A stretch of 62,941 bases of DNA, counting the filler, from Nemertoderma westbladi (Eukaryota > Animalia > Xenacoelomorpha), in NCBI GenBank assembly GCA_032718475.1. It is 3 parts of 3 records of this genome, joined end to end, with 100 filler letters (N's around TTAATTAATTAA, not from the genome) between each part and the next. Parts side by side here need not be neighbours in the genome. Positions count along the whole stretch, not along the records: positions 50,158 to 62,941 come from JAUCBJ010000967.1; 2 more parts are not named here. The stretch is one strand, 5' to 3'. The first letter of the stretch is position 1. Each line of letters opens with the position of its first letter. Positions 50,058 through 62,941 of the stretch are shown here, in pieces. The notes below the pieces were generated by a model, which did no database searches, was not told the DNA's origin, and saw nothing but the letters and a program-made list of their open reading frames with translations. Made by a program: the position numbers and the translations under genes.

Positions 50058-50157
50058 NNNNNNNNNNNNNNNNNNNNNNNNNNNNNNNNNNNNNNNNNNN
50101 NTTAATTAATTAANNNNNNNNNNNNNNNNNNNNNNNNNNNNNNNNNNNNNNNNNNNN
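50058..50157. other. Artificial assembly linker
   Basis: 44 N + TTAATTAATTAA + 44 N. Confidence 0.97.
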
Positions 50158-51026
50158 CGGGGTGGAACGACGGCCGATGACCGAGATCCTGGCAGTGGGG
50201 ACGGTAGAAGAGGAGCGGGCCTCCAAGATGCAGTCAGCGTCGACGGCGAGTGCATTGAGGTCCGTTTGGTTCGACCTGGCGAGGACGCCCCGGACCTCGG
50301 CCGGCAGCTGGGCCAGGAAGATGGCCCGCAGGAGCGTTTCCGGGTCGGCATTGAGGCCTCTAATGTGCCGGAGGAGGCCGGTTGGCTTGTGGTCGCCGAG
50401 GCCGGCCAGCGAGAGAAGTTCCGCATCTTTGTTCGCCTGGGTGCGGCCGAAGGCCCTGCAGAGGGCGGTCTTGATGCCGTCGTACAGGTCGTTGGCCGGG
50501 GGGTTGATGATGTCGGACCGGACCTCCGCGGCGACGGCGTTGTCAAGGCACGCGATGATGTGGTTGTACTTGGTGCTGTCCACCGTGATCCCCTTGACGT
50601 CGAATTGGGCCTCCACCTGCCGGAACCAAACCTCCGGGTCGGAAGTCCAGAACGGAGGCAGTTTGAGAGCGACCGCAGAGATGGCGGCTGGGGTAGCCAG
50701 GGCGGCTTTTGCGCCGGTGGGGTTGGCGGCCAAGGAGGCGGCTTCGGCGAAGGCCTGATGTTCCTCGCGGGTAAGAGGCATGAGGACGAAGTAGGCGGGG
50801 AAAATAATCAGGAAAGGGAGTCTGAATCTCCGGGTCACCAATGTAGTGGTCAACGAAAGAATAATATAATAAAACGAAATATAATATTATTGCCTGAATA
50901 ATAATGACATACTGACTAACATGATATAAGGAAAGATAAGCAGTAGGACAGAGATGAAAGGCAGTGTAGTATAAATGTTCAATCAATGAATAGTTTTGAA
51001 TATCCCGCCAAAGTCTCTACCCTACA
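50158..51026 (-). mobile_element. 5' end of a CsRN1/Kabuki-like Gypsy element (LTR, PBS, gag), cut by the gap
   Basis: LTR TGTAG...CTACA at ~50842-51026. PBS TGGTGACCC (tRNA-Trp-like) at 50832-50840. Gag from ATG 50781 with KLPPFWTSDPEVWFRQVEAQF. Confidence 0.85.
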
Positions 51027-51249
51027 CGCCCATCCTACTTAGCCGGATTGGGACGCGGGCATCTAATATCACCATTTGATCCTTACAATCGTCCAGGATT
51101 AAACCCGATGCAACCCGCCACGGAAGTCGAGGAGAGCGTTATAAGAAACGCTTTTCGACGCTATTCGACAGAAGATCGGAAAGGGAACACAAGATTGTTT
51201 AGAGAAACGTAAATTACAACAACAAGTCCAATCGGAGAAGGAGTTAGCC

Positions 51250-53992
51250 TTGCCACAGTTCGATAGAGAAATCCAAAACCTCGAGGAGGACATCGAGCTT
51301 GGACGCACGTATTCTCTACAAGAGTTTCTAGATGAACGCTTACAGAGACAAGCGGAGGAAAATCTACTCGAGGAGAAACACACTAAATTGGACGAGAGAG
51401 AAGAAGCCGCTTTAGCCCAACCCGAAGCTCAAATCCTTATGACAGATCTCTACTCTAAAACCGTCCGTCATCCCTCGATGGTTCCACATTTCGGAGACAA
51501 ACTCTTCGCGACGATACAACCCCAACCGGTTGATATCAGTACAGGATCGCAAAATCTTATCGCTGACGCCCCTATGTTACAGCGTCCGCCAATCGAGGCT
51601 GCTCATGTTGACGGTATACTCGTTGAACCTCCGGACAATCGAGCGGATCTTGTCCGTCGTATGGTACACGATGTCAACATACGCGCTAGACCTTTACAGA
51701 ACTCGTTTTATGGGATTAAAGACCACCCTTATTACGTTAATCTGACTCAATATTATATGGTAAAACCAGAAGACCCGACGCATAATTTAAAGTTTCTACC
51801 ACTAATAAATCCTCTAGACGTTGTCGAACTCGAACAATTGCAGAAACATCTGGATCAGTTAGTAAAGGTAAACTCATTCAGAAAACCATATAACATTTCT
51901 CGAATCGAGAAGGATATAGAACCTCCTTATAATCTCGATGGATTTATTAAAACTCGATTAGTCCATTGGAATCTAGATGTATTATTTGAAGAAGAGAAAA
52001 TACAAAGATATGGAAATGTGGAGACGTATACCACTCGGCACATGAAGTATAGTGATCTCCCTGACGCTAACCAATGCGCCACCTTGTGGCATCCAGTAGG
52101 GATGACCCTAGAGAACGCCACCAAAGAGTGGAATGAAACTCTTAATGTCATTGAGATGTATGGAGTTGTCACCTACGATAATGAAGGTAGCGTTCCGGTC
52201 GGAGAACTAGGAACTACGCGCATGATCCACATACGCGGATTAGCTGGTTCTACCCACGTGTTTACTCGAGCGTGTTCCGACGTGATTGATTATTCCTTTG
52301 AAACTCTCACTGAAACGCAAAACTTCCATCGGACGAACTTCCATCGGACATCTTGCCTTTCAGGAATACGGATGGAATTTCAAAGTCGGAAATCCCATCA
52401 ACTATCAACAAGTATACGGAGACCATTATTCTCGATTATACTTTGATGGACCATTGACCGCACCTGGCGCCGTGTATAGCTTCATGAGTGTTCCACTCCG
52501 TCCCTCCTTAGCTATCTACACGATATTTGAAAACACCGCACTTTCCGGTTGGCTAGCCGATGTGTGCAGTCGTACTATACGCGCCCATCCATTAATACTT
52601 GGGACCAAACTCGCTAAGCTAGATGAACATAATAAATTCATCCGCTTCGAATGTTTCCGGCGATTTTTAACCCCGTTCCGCAACGTGGATAGCCAATTTA
52701 AAGACCGCGCTTTGACCAAGCTCAGCCTAAGAAACTCAGCTGCAAAGAAGTTAGATAGCGCTGGATTTGCCATTTTCAAAGAGATTTGTATATCGAACTT
52801 GCACTCCTCTGTTATACAAAGACCTCGAATCCCCACAGGTTATTCTGTCGTGGAAATTCAGACAATAGGTCCACTTGAAGAGACAGACACGCCCACCTCA
52901 GCTATGCACTGGGAAGACAAACCAATATGCCTAGAATCTGAGGAGATTCAGCCTATCACGCCCCGGAACAGCGACAACGATTACATCCTAGAATGGTATC
53001 AAGGTCCACAGTGTCTCACTGCGTACGATTATCGCCATGCCAACTATGTTTCTCGGCAACGTTGTCGGTTATGCGCATCGAGAGACCATGTTACGCCCAT
53101 GGACACAAACGTCCGCTGTTCCTATTTCCACGAACAACCGGCGATGGAAATTTATTGCACATATTGCAGACTCAATAACTTGCATATTTTTGCGGTTTGC
53201 CCTCAATTTATGACTCAATGTCACCATTGTCAACTAAAGGGACACGCCAGTTTCGATTGCCCTTTTAATCACGATTTGGAAAGCGTAGATGAAATGATTA
53301 CACTACGTTATATCAGAGCTTGGGAAGCGAACGCTGATTTACATTGTGATTCGCGCCATCGCTATTATCTTGGACGCGCTTACGAAGGAGTTTATGCGTT
53401 CCATCCTTATCTATTCGCTTCTGTCGAACAGAAATCACGCATATCGAGTTACGAACTACTGAAGCGCGTCGGAGAATGTATTTCAACCAAATTTGTACGC
53501 AAATTTCTCAGGAGTGTTAATCCTAGCGACCTTCATTCCTATAACTTAATCAATTATATCCGTCAGGATCCGGACTATGGAGACTTATTTGTTAACTCAC
53601 ACCCCGAGTTACAGGAAGTATATCGACGGCCTTACGAATACCGAGCCCGCGAACGCGAGTTGGAAAGAACCATTAAACCCAAGAAGTTTCTGACTGCCTA
53701 TGGTCCACCCACGGCTCTCGTTCAGACCACTCGTAAAGGACCCGTAAGAGCGGCCGTCCTAAAACGCGCTCTAAAGGCCGTTAGACCCCTCTCCCCCGAC
53801 GTTGATGTCAACCAACCTGGCACTTCGACCGGCGGATACACCGACCATAATCCTACACCCTCTGATGCAATCATATTGCACCCTTCACCCAGGAGTTATA
53901 GCCCTCCTTGTAAAGTGGCTCGCCCCAAAGAGAAAAAGACTCTGGCCAGCTTTAAAAAACTGCGTAAACGCCGTCTGCGCAAGAAAGACTAA
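51250..53992 (+). pseudogene. Accessory ORF of LTR family (copy C): coiled-coil N-terminus, DEDDy-like exonuclease, three CCHC knuckles; frameshifted near 52330
   Basis: ORF 51250-52446 contains the ExoI-like GVVTYDNEG...RMIHIRGLAGSTHVF. ORF 52286-53992 is highly similar to 23955-25730. The junction has a duplicated AACTTCCATCGGAC and lacks the FVDTQ block seen in copy B. Confidence 0.75.
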
Positions 53993-54069
53993 CTGTTTAG
54001 AGTATTTACGTATATTAGAAACTGTGATTTTGTATATTTATAGACTTGAATCCCATTTTCTGGGAGCGG

Positions 54070-55278
54070 TGTAAAAGCTTTTGCGGATATAATCAGTCCC
54101 CTTGCCCGCAAAGTACCGTGTGGGTGTTTTAACGGACATAAAAGTTGTTCTTCTATATGTGTGCTTTGGAGGACATGGCAAGACACAAAACCCGCAATGC
54201 GTCAAATCCTCTAGCACAGTGTAGCCTTGATGATTCAGATTACGACATCTAACAGCTGGTTGCTGGCATGGAAATGGCCGTTGGACACATGGTTCTTTGT
54301 TCAGCTTAACAGCCAATCAGAGCGATTTTTACTTTAGATGTGGAGATATTCTACAGATCGTACTAGGCGTGTTCAGTCTTACAGTGTTAGAGTTTTGTTG
54401 TTTCTATCTAGGCCAAGAACACCGGCTCTGGAGTAAAATTGTTTCAGACTTTAGAAGAAACATTAGTAGGCTTAGATTATAGAACGTATAACTGTTACCA
54501 ACCCAACCCAGTGCAACCCAATCAGTTCAGTATTACATTATCGGTTCAGTGCACGGTGCAAGTCACTGCAACATACATTATTATACTGCTATTTACTGTT
54601 GTCATTATTTGTATCAGTTGGTTGAATATTATTACTTGGAGAACATCGATAAATAACCCAAATTTCCCAATTTTCTTGATACACTACAGGTTAGAGAGAC
54701 AGGTTACATATAGCGATTGCGACTTATATTATCGTGGTTTGTAGTGAATTTAATGCTATTTGATAGGCACTACATGAGTCAATTGCTGTTCTCTTTATGT
54801 ATGATAAAATTCATTGACGGTCGGCAGATTAGTGTGCAGTATTGTGCGGTACCGGTAGTGTGCATGATTGTGGCTGATAACTAAGCATTTCCTAAAGAAT
54901 GCGCCTCATACGTGAATCATAAGCCTTACCTTCTTACCGTTGTGTTTAGTATAAGTCATATCTCTGTTTACCTAGATAGAGCGCCACGTCCTAAAGGAAC
55001 TGTTAATATTTCCCGAACGTGAATAATATTCGTCAGAAATTATTTATTAACGATCAATCGAATAATACAGTAAGCTTACACTGCAATAAAATCTAAGCCC
55101 TCCGAATCCAGTCTCCCGGGTATATCCAGCGGGTGAATGGACGCGCACTAGGCTGGCTTCGGCTAATGTTGTGTTTATTGGTATTAAATACTTGTCATAT
55201 GTTAAAGTCTATTTATAAACCAAAAGACATATAAATTTTGGCAGGTTAAACTGCTAAAGGTCTTCAAAAGCGCGTACA
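54070..55278 (+). mobile_element. 3' LTR (copy C), 1209 bp
   Basis: GGGAGCGG|TGTAAAAGCTTTT ... AAAAGCGCGTACA (10/13 terminal inverted repeat). AATAAA at 55085-55090. Confidence 0.82.
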
Positions 55279-55899
55279 CCATTTTTATCTCATTGTTTTC
55301 TTTATATGATTGTTTACATTAATATTCCGTAATAATTGCACCGCCAGAGCGGAGTATTTGGTCCGTTTGGTAAATCATATCCGGTTTGGTGCAAATTGAT
55401 TGTATAAATTAAATCATATTAATTGTTATAATATATAATAAATATAAATATTCACTCTAATAATATAAATTATATTATAAAAATTAGTAAAAAGTTTCGA
55501 AATCACAAACGAGATGGGAGCTGGGGGGGGGGGGGGGGCGTGGATCGGGCTTTGCGAATAAATATATTGTTTTGGCAAATTAACAATGTTAAAAACATCA
55601 ATAGATTGTACTGGACAGTGGCAAGCCATTCCAACAAAAACAATAAACAAACGTCAATAGCACAGGTTACAGTTAAATTGTTGCTCGTAATCCATAATCA
55701 GCTGCGATTTGCGTAGATTTTCCTCTGGGAGTGCCCAATTTTGATCCCCCCCCCCCCCCACCCCCTTTTTTCTACAAACTTACCAGTAACGTTATTTATC
55801 TCACTTAAACTAATCAATCGTAATTATTGTATAAATAAATAAATAATAAATAAATATAGCAACGATACAGTAATAGCACAATCGTCTGTAGAATTAGCA

Positions 55900-57321
55900 C
55901 TAATCCAAAGCGCACACTATCCGCCTCCGCCTCCTTCGAACCACTTTTTCTCTTCGAGGCCACTCTCCCTCCTTACTGCTCGCAATGTTACGAAGCTGTA
56001 TTAGCTGGATTACATTGTATGAGACGTTATAGATAAAGAAAACACCCAAGACGACATGAAGAATGATGAACAACAATGGCATCGAATCATTAGAGAAATC
56101 CGGGAATATTATCATAACCGTAAAAACAGTGAGGACGCATCGTACCGCTTCCAGAACGGGAGCGTATGGTACGTCATCAAGGAAACAGCCAACACAGATG
56201 AGAGTGAATATAAGAAGGAATATACTGAGAAGGTTGAGGAAAGCGGGGAGCTTTAGGGAGATGTATACCTCGAACCCAAAGAGAAACAGTGATAGTTCGA
56301 ACATAGTGTAAACCCACATGAAGGCTGGTTATTTGGGGTCGAACTTTGGTCTGGGCGCGTTCACTAACTTACTGTTGGGTCTAACGTTATTGGGTTTAAA
56401 TAACATTCGTAACTTGTTTCCCAATCCAGGGCAATGGTAGACTTTCTTCGCACCAAATACGAGGAAACATATCTGTATCCAGATTGGGTTGAATGTGCTG
56501 ACCAATTGGTTATTGAGGATTCCGTAACGCTTCTCCAGAGTTCTATCCTCGGCAACGTAAGTACCGAAAATTCGATCCCATATAATGAGGGTTCCCCCGT
56601 AGTTGCTGTGGCGACTGTAACTGTTGGTGTCATGGTGAACTCTGTGGTTACTCGGTGTGTTAAACAGGAACTCTATGGGACCCCCCAGGGAGGTAACATA
56701 CTCCGAGTGGATCCAGAACTGGAATAAAAGATTAAACTGAAAGTGGACGAGGAGGGTGGGTAAAGGAGCTATTAGTGCGAGTGGGAGGTGTAGGAATAGA
56801 CTCGATATGTGCTGCAGGACTCCCTGACGAAGGGCTGTGGTTAAATTGTATTCCTGCGAGCTGTGGTGGGTCTGGTGGAACCACCATAGAAGGAAGACCT
56901 CGTGGGAGAACCTATGGAACCAGTAGTACGCGAAGTCGACGAGAATGAATACAATATACCAGGTGGAGGGATGGTTCCACTGCAAGTCTACCAAACGGTA
57001 CCGGTTGTGGACCCAGAGATACAGAGCCAGTTGAAATGCCCTCGTTAACTGGGCTACTAACTGTTGTACCAGACCGGCAGATACGGAGGCTATACCGTCA
57101 TTAAGACGAATATTCTCCCGTCTAATCAGCTTCACACCGAGTTCTAAGAAGATAAGTGTAGCAAATAAAGGAAAACATGGATTTACGAAATCAGGAACTT
57201 CATTAACATTGTGGAACAATACTTCGGATGGTTTTACAGCGTGGAACATATATCGAATTGAATTCACAGAACGATAAAATCCATCTGTAATAATTGTGGT
57301 TGTGATATTATTCTCCGACAT
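55900..57321 (-). CDS. AGMO: Alkylglycerol monooxygenase-like (fatty acid hydroxylase superfamily), intronless, in-frame TAA at 56329-56331
   Basis: His boxes YYWFHRFSHE, HQTHHSSQEYNLTTALRQ, QFWIH and TPSNHRVHH, plus NYGGTLIIWDRIFGT. The hydrophobic C-terminal domain continues in the same frame after the stop. Confidence 0.88.
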
Positions 57322-59269
57322 ATCGCAATTAGTAGATTTCAATTAACATAATTCAGTACGGTAATTAAATATAATTAAAACTTTTGTCGTGGCAAATTGT
57401 ACCAAAATGACACACACAGTATGCCAGTTATATAAATAAAGTTGTCCTTGTCCCGGACATATTAAAGTTAAGAATTCAATATAATCCTGTAATCAACCCA
57501 ACCACGATATTTATATTATATTAAACTTGCATGGATTGGATACAGTCAGGCAGTAGGCCTACTGTACACAGTATATTGTGCAAAGTACAGTACATACTGG
57601 GTTACATGAAATGACGTAATTTTACAGATAAAAATAATAATGACATAATGATAATAATATAATTCCAAGAGCCAAATCACAAAGATTACGGTTTGGGGGA
57701 TTTACAAGCTGTAAACGACGTAGGCTATGGCATACACATACTTTACTTTATGTAGTATTGGGTATTGAGTATGGCGCAGGCTATGCCTCACTGAGGCATA
57801 GTCTGTGCCTCAGTGAGGCATACTGTAGTCTGTGCCTCACTGCGCAGTGAGGCAGAGTCTGTGTTTCAGTGAGGCATAGTCTGTGGCTCAAACCTAAAAC
57901 TCGAGGCTTTTTAGTAGTGCCTCATATCTTAAATCCGAGTCTTTAGCAGCAGACTGGAGAACTGCGGGTCGATCAACCTCCTCGGTAAAGTATAGCATAT
58001 GATATAGTAGATGTCTTGTCTACCAAGTTTCAGCCTAAATGGTTTAAAAACAATCAAATGAAATCAGGTTTCCACTTTAAGACAATTCGCCCGGCTCTAG
58101 CGGCAGACTAGAGAACTTCAGACTACTCTGCGACTCTGTAAAAGATAGCCTATGTCATAGATGCCTCCCAAGTTTCAGCCTAAATGGATTAAAAACAATC
58201 AAATGAGATCAGGTTTTCACTTTGAGACATTTCGCCCTCTAGCGGCAGACTGGGGAACTTCAGACTACTCTACGACTCCGTAAAAGATATAGCCTATATT
58301 GTAATAGATACCGACTGAGGGGTCAAAATTATGTAATAATATATCTAAATAAGTCTCAAACATCTTGCCTCATGGCTCGACCCTTCAGAACTCGTGGGCG
58401 ATATAGCTTCATAGTTTTTAAGGAAAACTGGTAAACGAGATTTGTTAATTACGCATGGCTCGCAGTCTTAAGTAATTAATTATATAGTAGGTTAGATCGT
58501 TTCGAGAATAGGACCATTGGAAACAGCGCCCTCGAAAACTTCAGTACAAAGAAAATTAATAAAGATTAACAAGATATAGCTTGCTATACTAAAACATAAA
58601 TTATTATACAAAATTAAATTTAAAAATGAAAAATAATTATAATTATAATAATAATATAATAAAATTAAATAAATTGAAGATAAACTGTATATAACTTATG
58701 TATTAAAAGAGGGCCTTATTTAACTAGTGACGGGCCTAGCGGCCCGATAAGGAACCGACTTTTTATTTCAAATAAAAGAGACAACGAGAATTATTATAGA
58801 ACTAATAATTATGTAAAAATACAATCTTATTTCATACAATAATTATTAATAAATTAGAGCAGTTTTGGCTGTAGATCAGCCAGCCAGTCAGTCAGCCAGC
58901 CAGTCAGTCAGCCAGTCAGTAAGCTAACAATTCTTACAGTAATGAACCTCTCGGTTCCTAATTATACAGTATACTGAAAATGATTCATCGAACTACCGGT
59001 ACTGTATTAATTGTGGGGCCCTTTATGATGGTAGGACTTGAAGTGCGTTAAATAATGCATGGGGATAATAATTCCCTATACTGTAGCAGGGCCTACAACC
59101 TACAGAAATTCGTGCCTTGATAGGCGTCAAAGTGAGTCATTGATGGGGCCGCTCGGGTAAATAGCATAAGGGGTATAAAGAGCAGGTTGCAAGTGAATGG
59201 TTTCAAATCTAAAAACTAATTATTGGTAAATCTAAAAATATAAAACAATTAAATAAAGTAAAAGTAATA

Positions 59270-59400
59270 CAATTAATTAATTTAAAAGTAATACAATTAA
59301 TTATTTTAAAATTAAATACAAATAATTAATTTAAAATTAAATACAAATAATTAATTTAAAATTAAATACAAATAATTAATTTAAAATTAAATACAAATAA
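59270..59400. repeat. AT-rich tandem repeat (TTAATTTAAAATTAAATACAAATAA)
   Basis: About four to five tandem copies. Confidence 0.85.
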
Positions 59401-60505
59401 ATAAGTATTAATAAATAAAAGAGCAGAGGTGTCACTTATGACACCCACTTGGGCAGCTTTGCGACAGTTAGTCCTCACTGCTAACCATTGCGTGTCAGGG
59501 CGTTAATCCGTCTGATTAATTAGGATAATCAATTAAACCCTAATTATGAGTCATAAGACACCTATTAGGGTTTAATTTTACTAATTAATTGATAACACCT
59601 GCCAATTAGGGTCTAATTAGCCTAATTAGGAGGTGTCACCCAGACAGTCTGGCGCCATTAAGACCCAATGACACCCTATGGGTGTTAATTTGGTGACATA
59701 TGACACCCAATGGTTGTCCAGACTAACAGCACAGCAACACAACAACTGGCTGACTGGCCATGCAGTACACAGTACTGCAGTAGGCAGAACAGCAGAATGG
59801 AAACTGGTTGACTAGTCTAGTCATTTATTTATACAGTATCCAGCTATCAGCTGATCAGCCATTATTGGTCAGTCAGTTTATTTATTTACTGTATAAGCTA
59901 GGCCTATTGATAATGAAACAATTTACTACTGTACAGCTAATTATTATTCCTTCAGACATGCCGTAGCCGTTGGCCTATAGCATTGGTTGATACACTACGT
60001 ATACGTACTAACGTAGTAAAGTAGAACGTAGTACCTACTTATAAATACAAGGACTAGAAACGAGTCCTACTGAAAGTAAATCCTTGTATAAATACATAAC
60101 AACAGTTTAAATACGATATACAGCTAAAAATAGACGGTCCGTGCAATTCAAACAATAACAGAAAAACCAAACCACTTTGGATTCTGTTTGAATTGGACGG
60201 CAGGCCAATTGATAGGTTTACCTTACTACTCCCTACTACCAACAGGAACAGCAGGCATGGCCATGGGTATAACTGTATAAGCACCCCACTCCACTACTAT
60301 CAAATTGCTAAACTACTCTGAATCTGGACTACGTAACTTAGATAGTAGAGTTAAGCAGCTACTCCTAACCCTGTGCATAAAGTGTATAATGTCCCTACCT
60401 AAAACAAAAATTCAACAGAGTACGCTATACACAGTCTTACAGTACCAGAGCTAGTGCTTCAAACTTCTACCTCCCGAATTGTAAATCCTTTGAATCTGAT
60501 ACTTT

Positions 60506-62805
60506 ATGCTGGCAGATTTGATACTGGCAGGGCTGCCACCTGCCACGACCTCTGCAATGACGTCACCATCACTGCTTATGGCAATCCCACCGCAAGCATC
60601 TGCCAGGGCTGCTACTCCTAGCAGCACAACCAGTGCAATCACGTCACCACCACTGCCTATAACTAGCCCACATCAAGCACCATCCAGGGCTGCCACGCCC
60701 AGCAGCACGACATCTGCCGTAACTACCACACCACCCTCATCCCAGTATTCTACTCTCCAATCAGGGAAGCTGCAGGGGAGTCTGGAGACATTTGGCTTTA
60801 GGTTATCAGGGCCTGATGTTGAGGAACAAGGAGAAACTATTGAAAATAAAATTAATAAAATTTGTTCCCAATTAGAGAACATCAACATAACTCTAAAGAT
60901 TTCAAAAACAAAGCAGGAGTCCGCGAATCTGGAGGAAGCTACGGAAATAGCCTACCTGGAGGAAAAGAAACATCGAGATAAGATCACCAATCTATTAGAA
61001 ATGGTCGAATCGTACAATTCTTTGACTTTGGTTAAATTTCCTCAAGGAAATCAAGTTTTTCCCGACGGCGGTGCCATTCTTCGTTGTAACACCTGCTTCG
61101 CACTGAAGGGAGAGAAGGAGGAAGGAGGAGCGTTGTGATACGATATTGGCAGCCAAACTCCTAGATTAAAGGTGTTATACGATCTCAACTGGGAAATACT
61201 TGTCTCCAGAAACATTGGATGGTCTTGTAAATGGGGATACCGCCACTTGGCGAAGTTTCAAACATCGTATTTTAAATCACATGTCCTGTCAAGAGGATGC
61301 CAAGGGCGCTAGCTTCCATCTAGAAGCTTCTAGGGAGCGCGCTAGACGACAAGTTCTGAAAACCCGTAACATAAATCACGCTGAATCGCTATTGCGTTGT
61401 GCAATTGTTACAATTAAATCAAAGGCAGGGGCGCGGCATTTCGAACAACAGGTGGCGTTGGTGCATTCTTGTGGTGGTACAGTTGGTGCATTGGGCCACT
61501 CAAGGGTCATAGTACCACCAATGCTGAAAGCTCTACGTTTAAGAATTGATAAACAAGTAAGTTAAATACTAATTTTGTAAATGTGAAGTAAATTTGTAAC
61601 TGAAAATATCAGTTATTTATAGTTTACTATATTACCTAATTGTAGAGACAGTTTTGGAGGCTAGCAGCATCATAATAATCATAGCGATTTCGTTTGGATC
61701 GATATAATAATAATGCTTTATAATAATAATAAATATAATAATAATGCTTTATACGACGGGTGAGAATGCTTTATACAACGGATGAGAATGCTTTATACGA
61801 CGAATGAGAATGCTTTATACGACGGATGAGATTGCTTTATACGACGGGTGAGCATCCAGTAGTCTTCATCGCACGAAACGTAGTAGTTAACACTGTAATA
61901 TTATGGAACCCAGAAGTACAAATATTTTGGTAAAAAAAATATAACTATGTTCTGTTTAAATATAGGTATTATTACATATATACTACTTTCAATTTGTTCT
62001 AGATGAAAGATTATATGAAGACACCATTGGCATCTACTTTATTTCCACCGCATTTTTCTGGCGCCGTAGACAAGGGAACATTGCTATCCAAGACAACCAG
62101 GCTGTGGTGGTTTGCACTCAAGTTGACGGTGAACGAGTTTCTTTAATATTAGCTGCTCAATTAGTGTTACCTGTCGGCTGAGGGCGATGTTATTGGAGGG
62201 AAGGCTAGGGACTCAGCTATGCAAGTTCTAGATGTAATTGAATCTGTGCTGGGAAAAGAGTCTCTTGATTTCATGCAAGGTATTTCTTAAATTAAATTGT
62301 CCAATGAAATTAGTATGTTATTATGATCTAGTAGTTTTTTTGCATTGCATGCATAATTGCCCCACCGGACAAATTCAGCCAGAGGAAAATTGTAAAATAA
62401 TCAAGGTCGTTCTATCAAACCTGGTTGTTAATACGATAAAAATGTCTGTCATAGAACACTGTAGTACAATTGCAATGGTGGCCAATCTTCACGTGACACA
62501 GTTTGTGAAAGGGGGGGGGGGGGGGGGGGGGGGCGCGGGGTTCAAAAAGCGTTACGTAATTTAAGGACGATCCCTTATCATTTAATTATTAACTCACTAA
62601 TTATAGGAACAACCGGTGACGGTCCATATCAGGCTCGTGAGTTTGATGTGTACATCAGAAATCGCCTCCAGGTACCAGAGACGAATAAACTGAACGCGTT
62701 AGATATGGTGGATGCGTCTCACCTGATGAATCTGATTATTTGCGACATAAAAGATAAAGATAAGAAAGATGGAAAGTTTCCCCAATCGTGTGCATTCTTC
62801 GGTGG
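60506..62805 (+). pseudogene. Intron-containing hAT-like transposase relic
   Basis: LRCNTC...WRSFKHRILNH...H; GALGHSR; intron 61557-62002 (GTAAGT..TAG); PPHFSGAVDKGT; intron ~62280-62606; GDGPYQ...DASHLMNL. Stops and frameshifts present. Confidence 0.6.
61743..61852 (+). repeat. 22-bp tandem repeat, five copies, inside an intron
   Basis: AATGCTTTATACGACGG(A/G)TGAG units, directly adjacent to each other. Confidence 0.9.
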
Positions 62806-62941
62806 TTAGTTTATTTTCAATTAACACAATAAAATTATTTTTTTATATTTTTTTTTTATTTAAAACGTTATGAGTATTGAATTTAATTGAATTGAATATA
62901 CTCTTTATTTATTAAAAACTCAACGTATAGAAATACAATTG

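Noticed and set aside
22972-50157. TTAATTAATTAA motifs and apparent clustering of three family copies
   Set aside because: The motif is a synthetic linker. Each copy sits on a different linked segment, so real physical clustering cannot be claimed.
56329-56331. TAA reassignment (non-standard genetic code)
   Set aside because: Other conserved ORFs here (Gag-Pol, RTE, accessory ORF) end normally at TAA.
61743-61852. 22-bp repeats as a CRISPR array
   Set aside because: Units are directly tandem with no unique spacers.

Overview
AT-rich, repeat-dense eukaryotic DNA, probably an invertebrate metazoan. It comes in three pieces joined by artificial 100-bp N/TTAATTAATTAA/N linkers. Most of the window is transposable elements: an intact, very young Mag-like Ty3/Gypsy element; a gag-only BEL/Pao-like LTR element nested in an RTE LINE; several more RTE copies; two other Gypsy elements; a Copia remnant; piggyBac and hAT MITEs; and a spliced hAT-like transposase relic. 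Host genes are limited to a GPCR last exon and an intronless AGMO-like gene with an in-frame stop. The most interesting signal is an unrecognised LTR family seen three times (LTRs at 1-897, 25809-27011 and 54070-55278). Just upstream of the 3' LTR it carries a strongly conserved ORF that reconstructs as an RNase D/WRN-type (DEDDy) 3'-5' exonuclease with three CCHC zinc knuckles and a basic tail. Its ~1.2 kb LTR contains a folded RNA domain with compensatory base changes across the three copies, including a pseudoknot-like pairing to the last bases of the LTR. All calls were made by eye; no searches were run.
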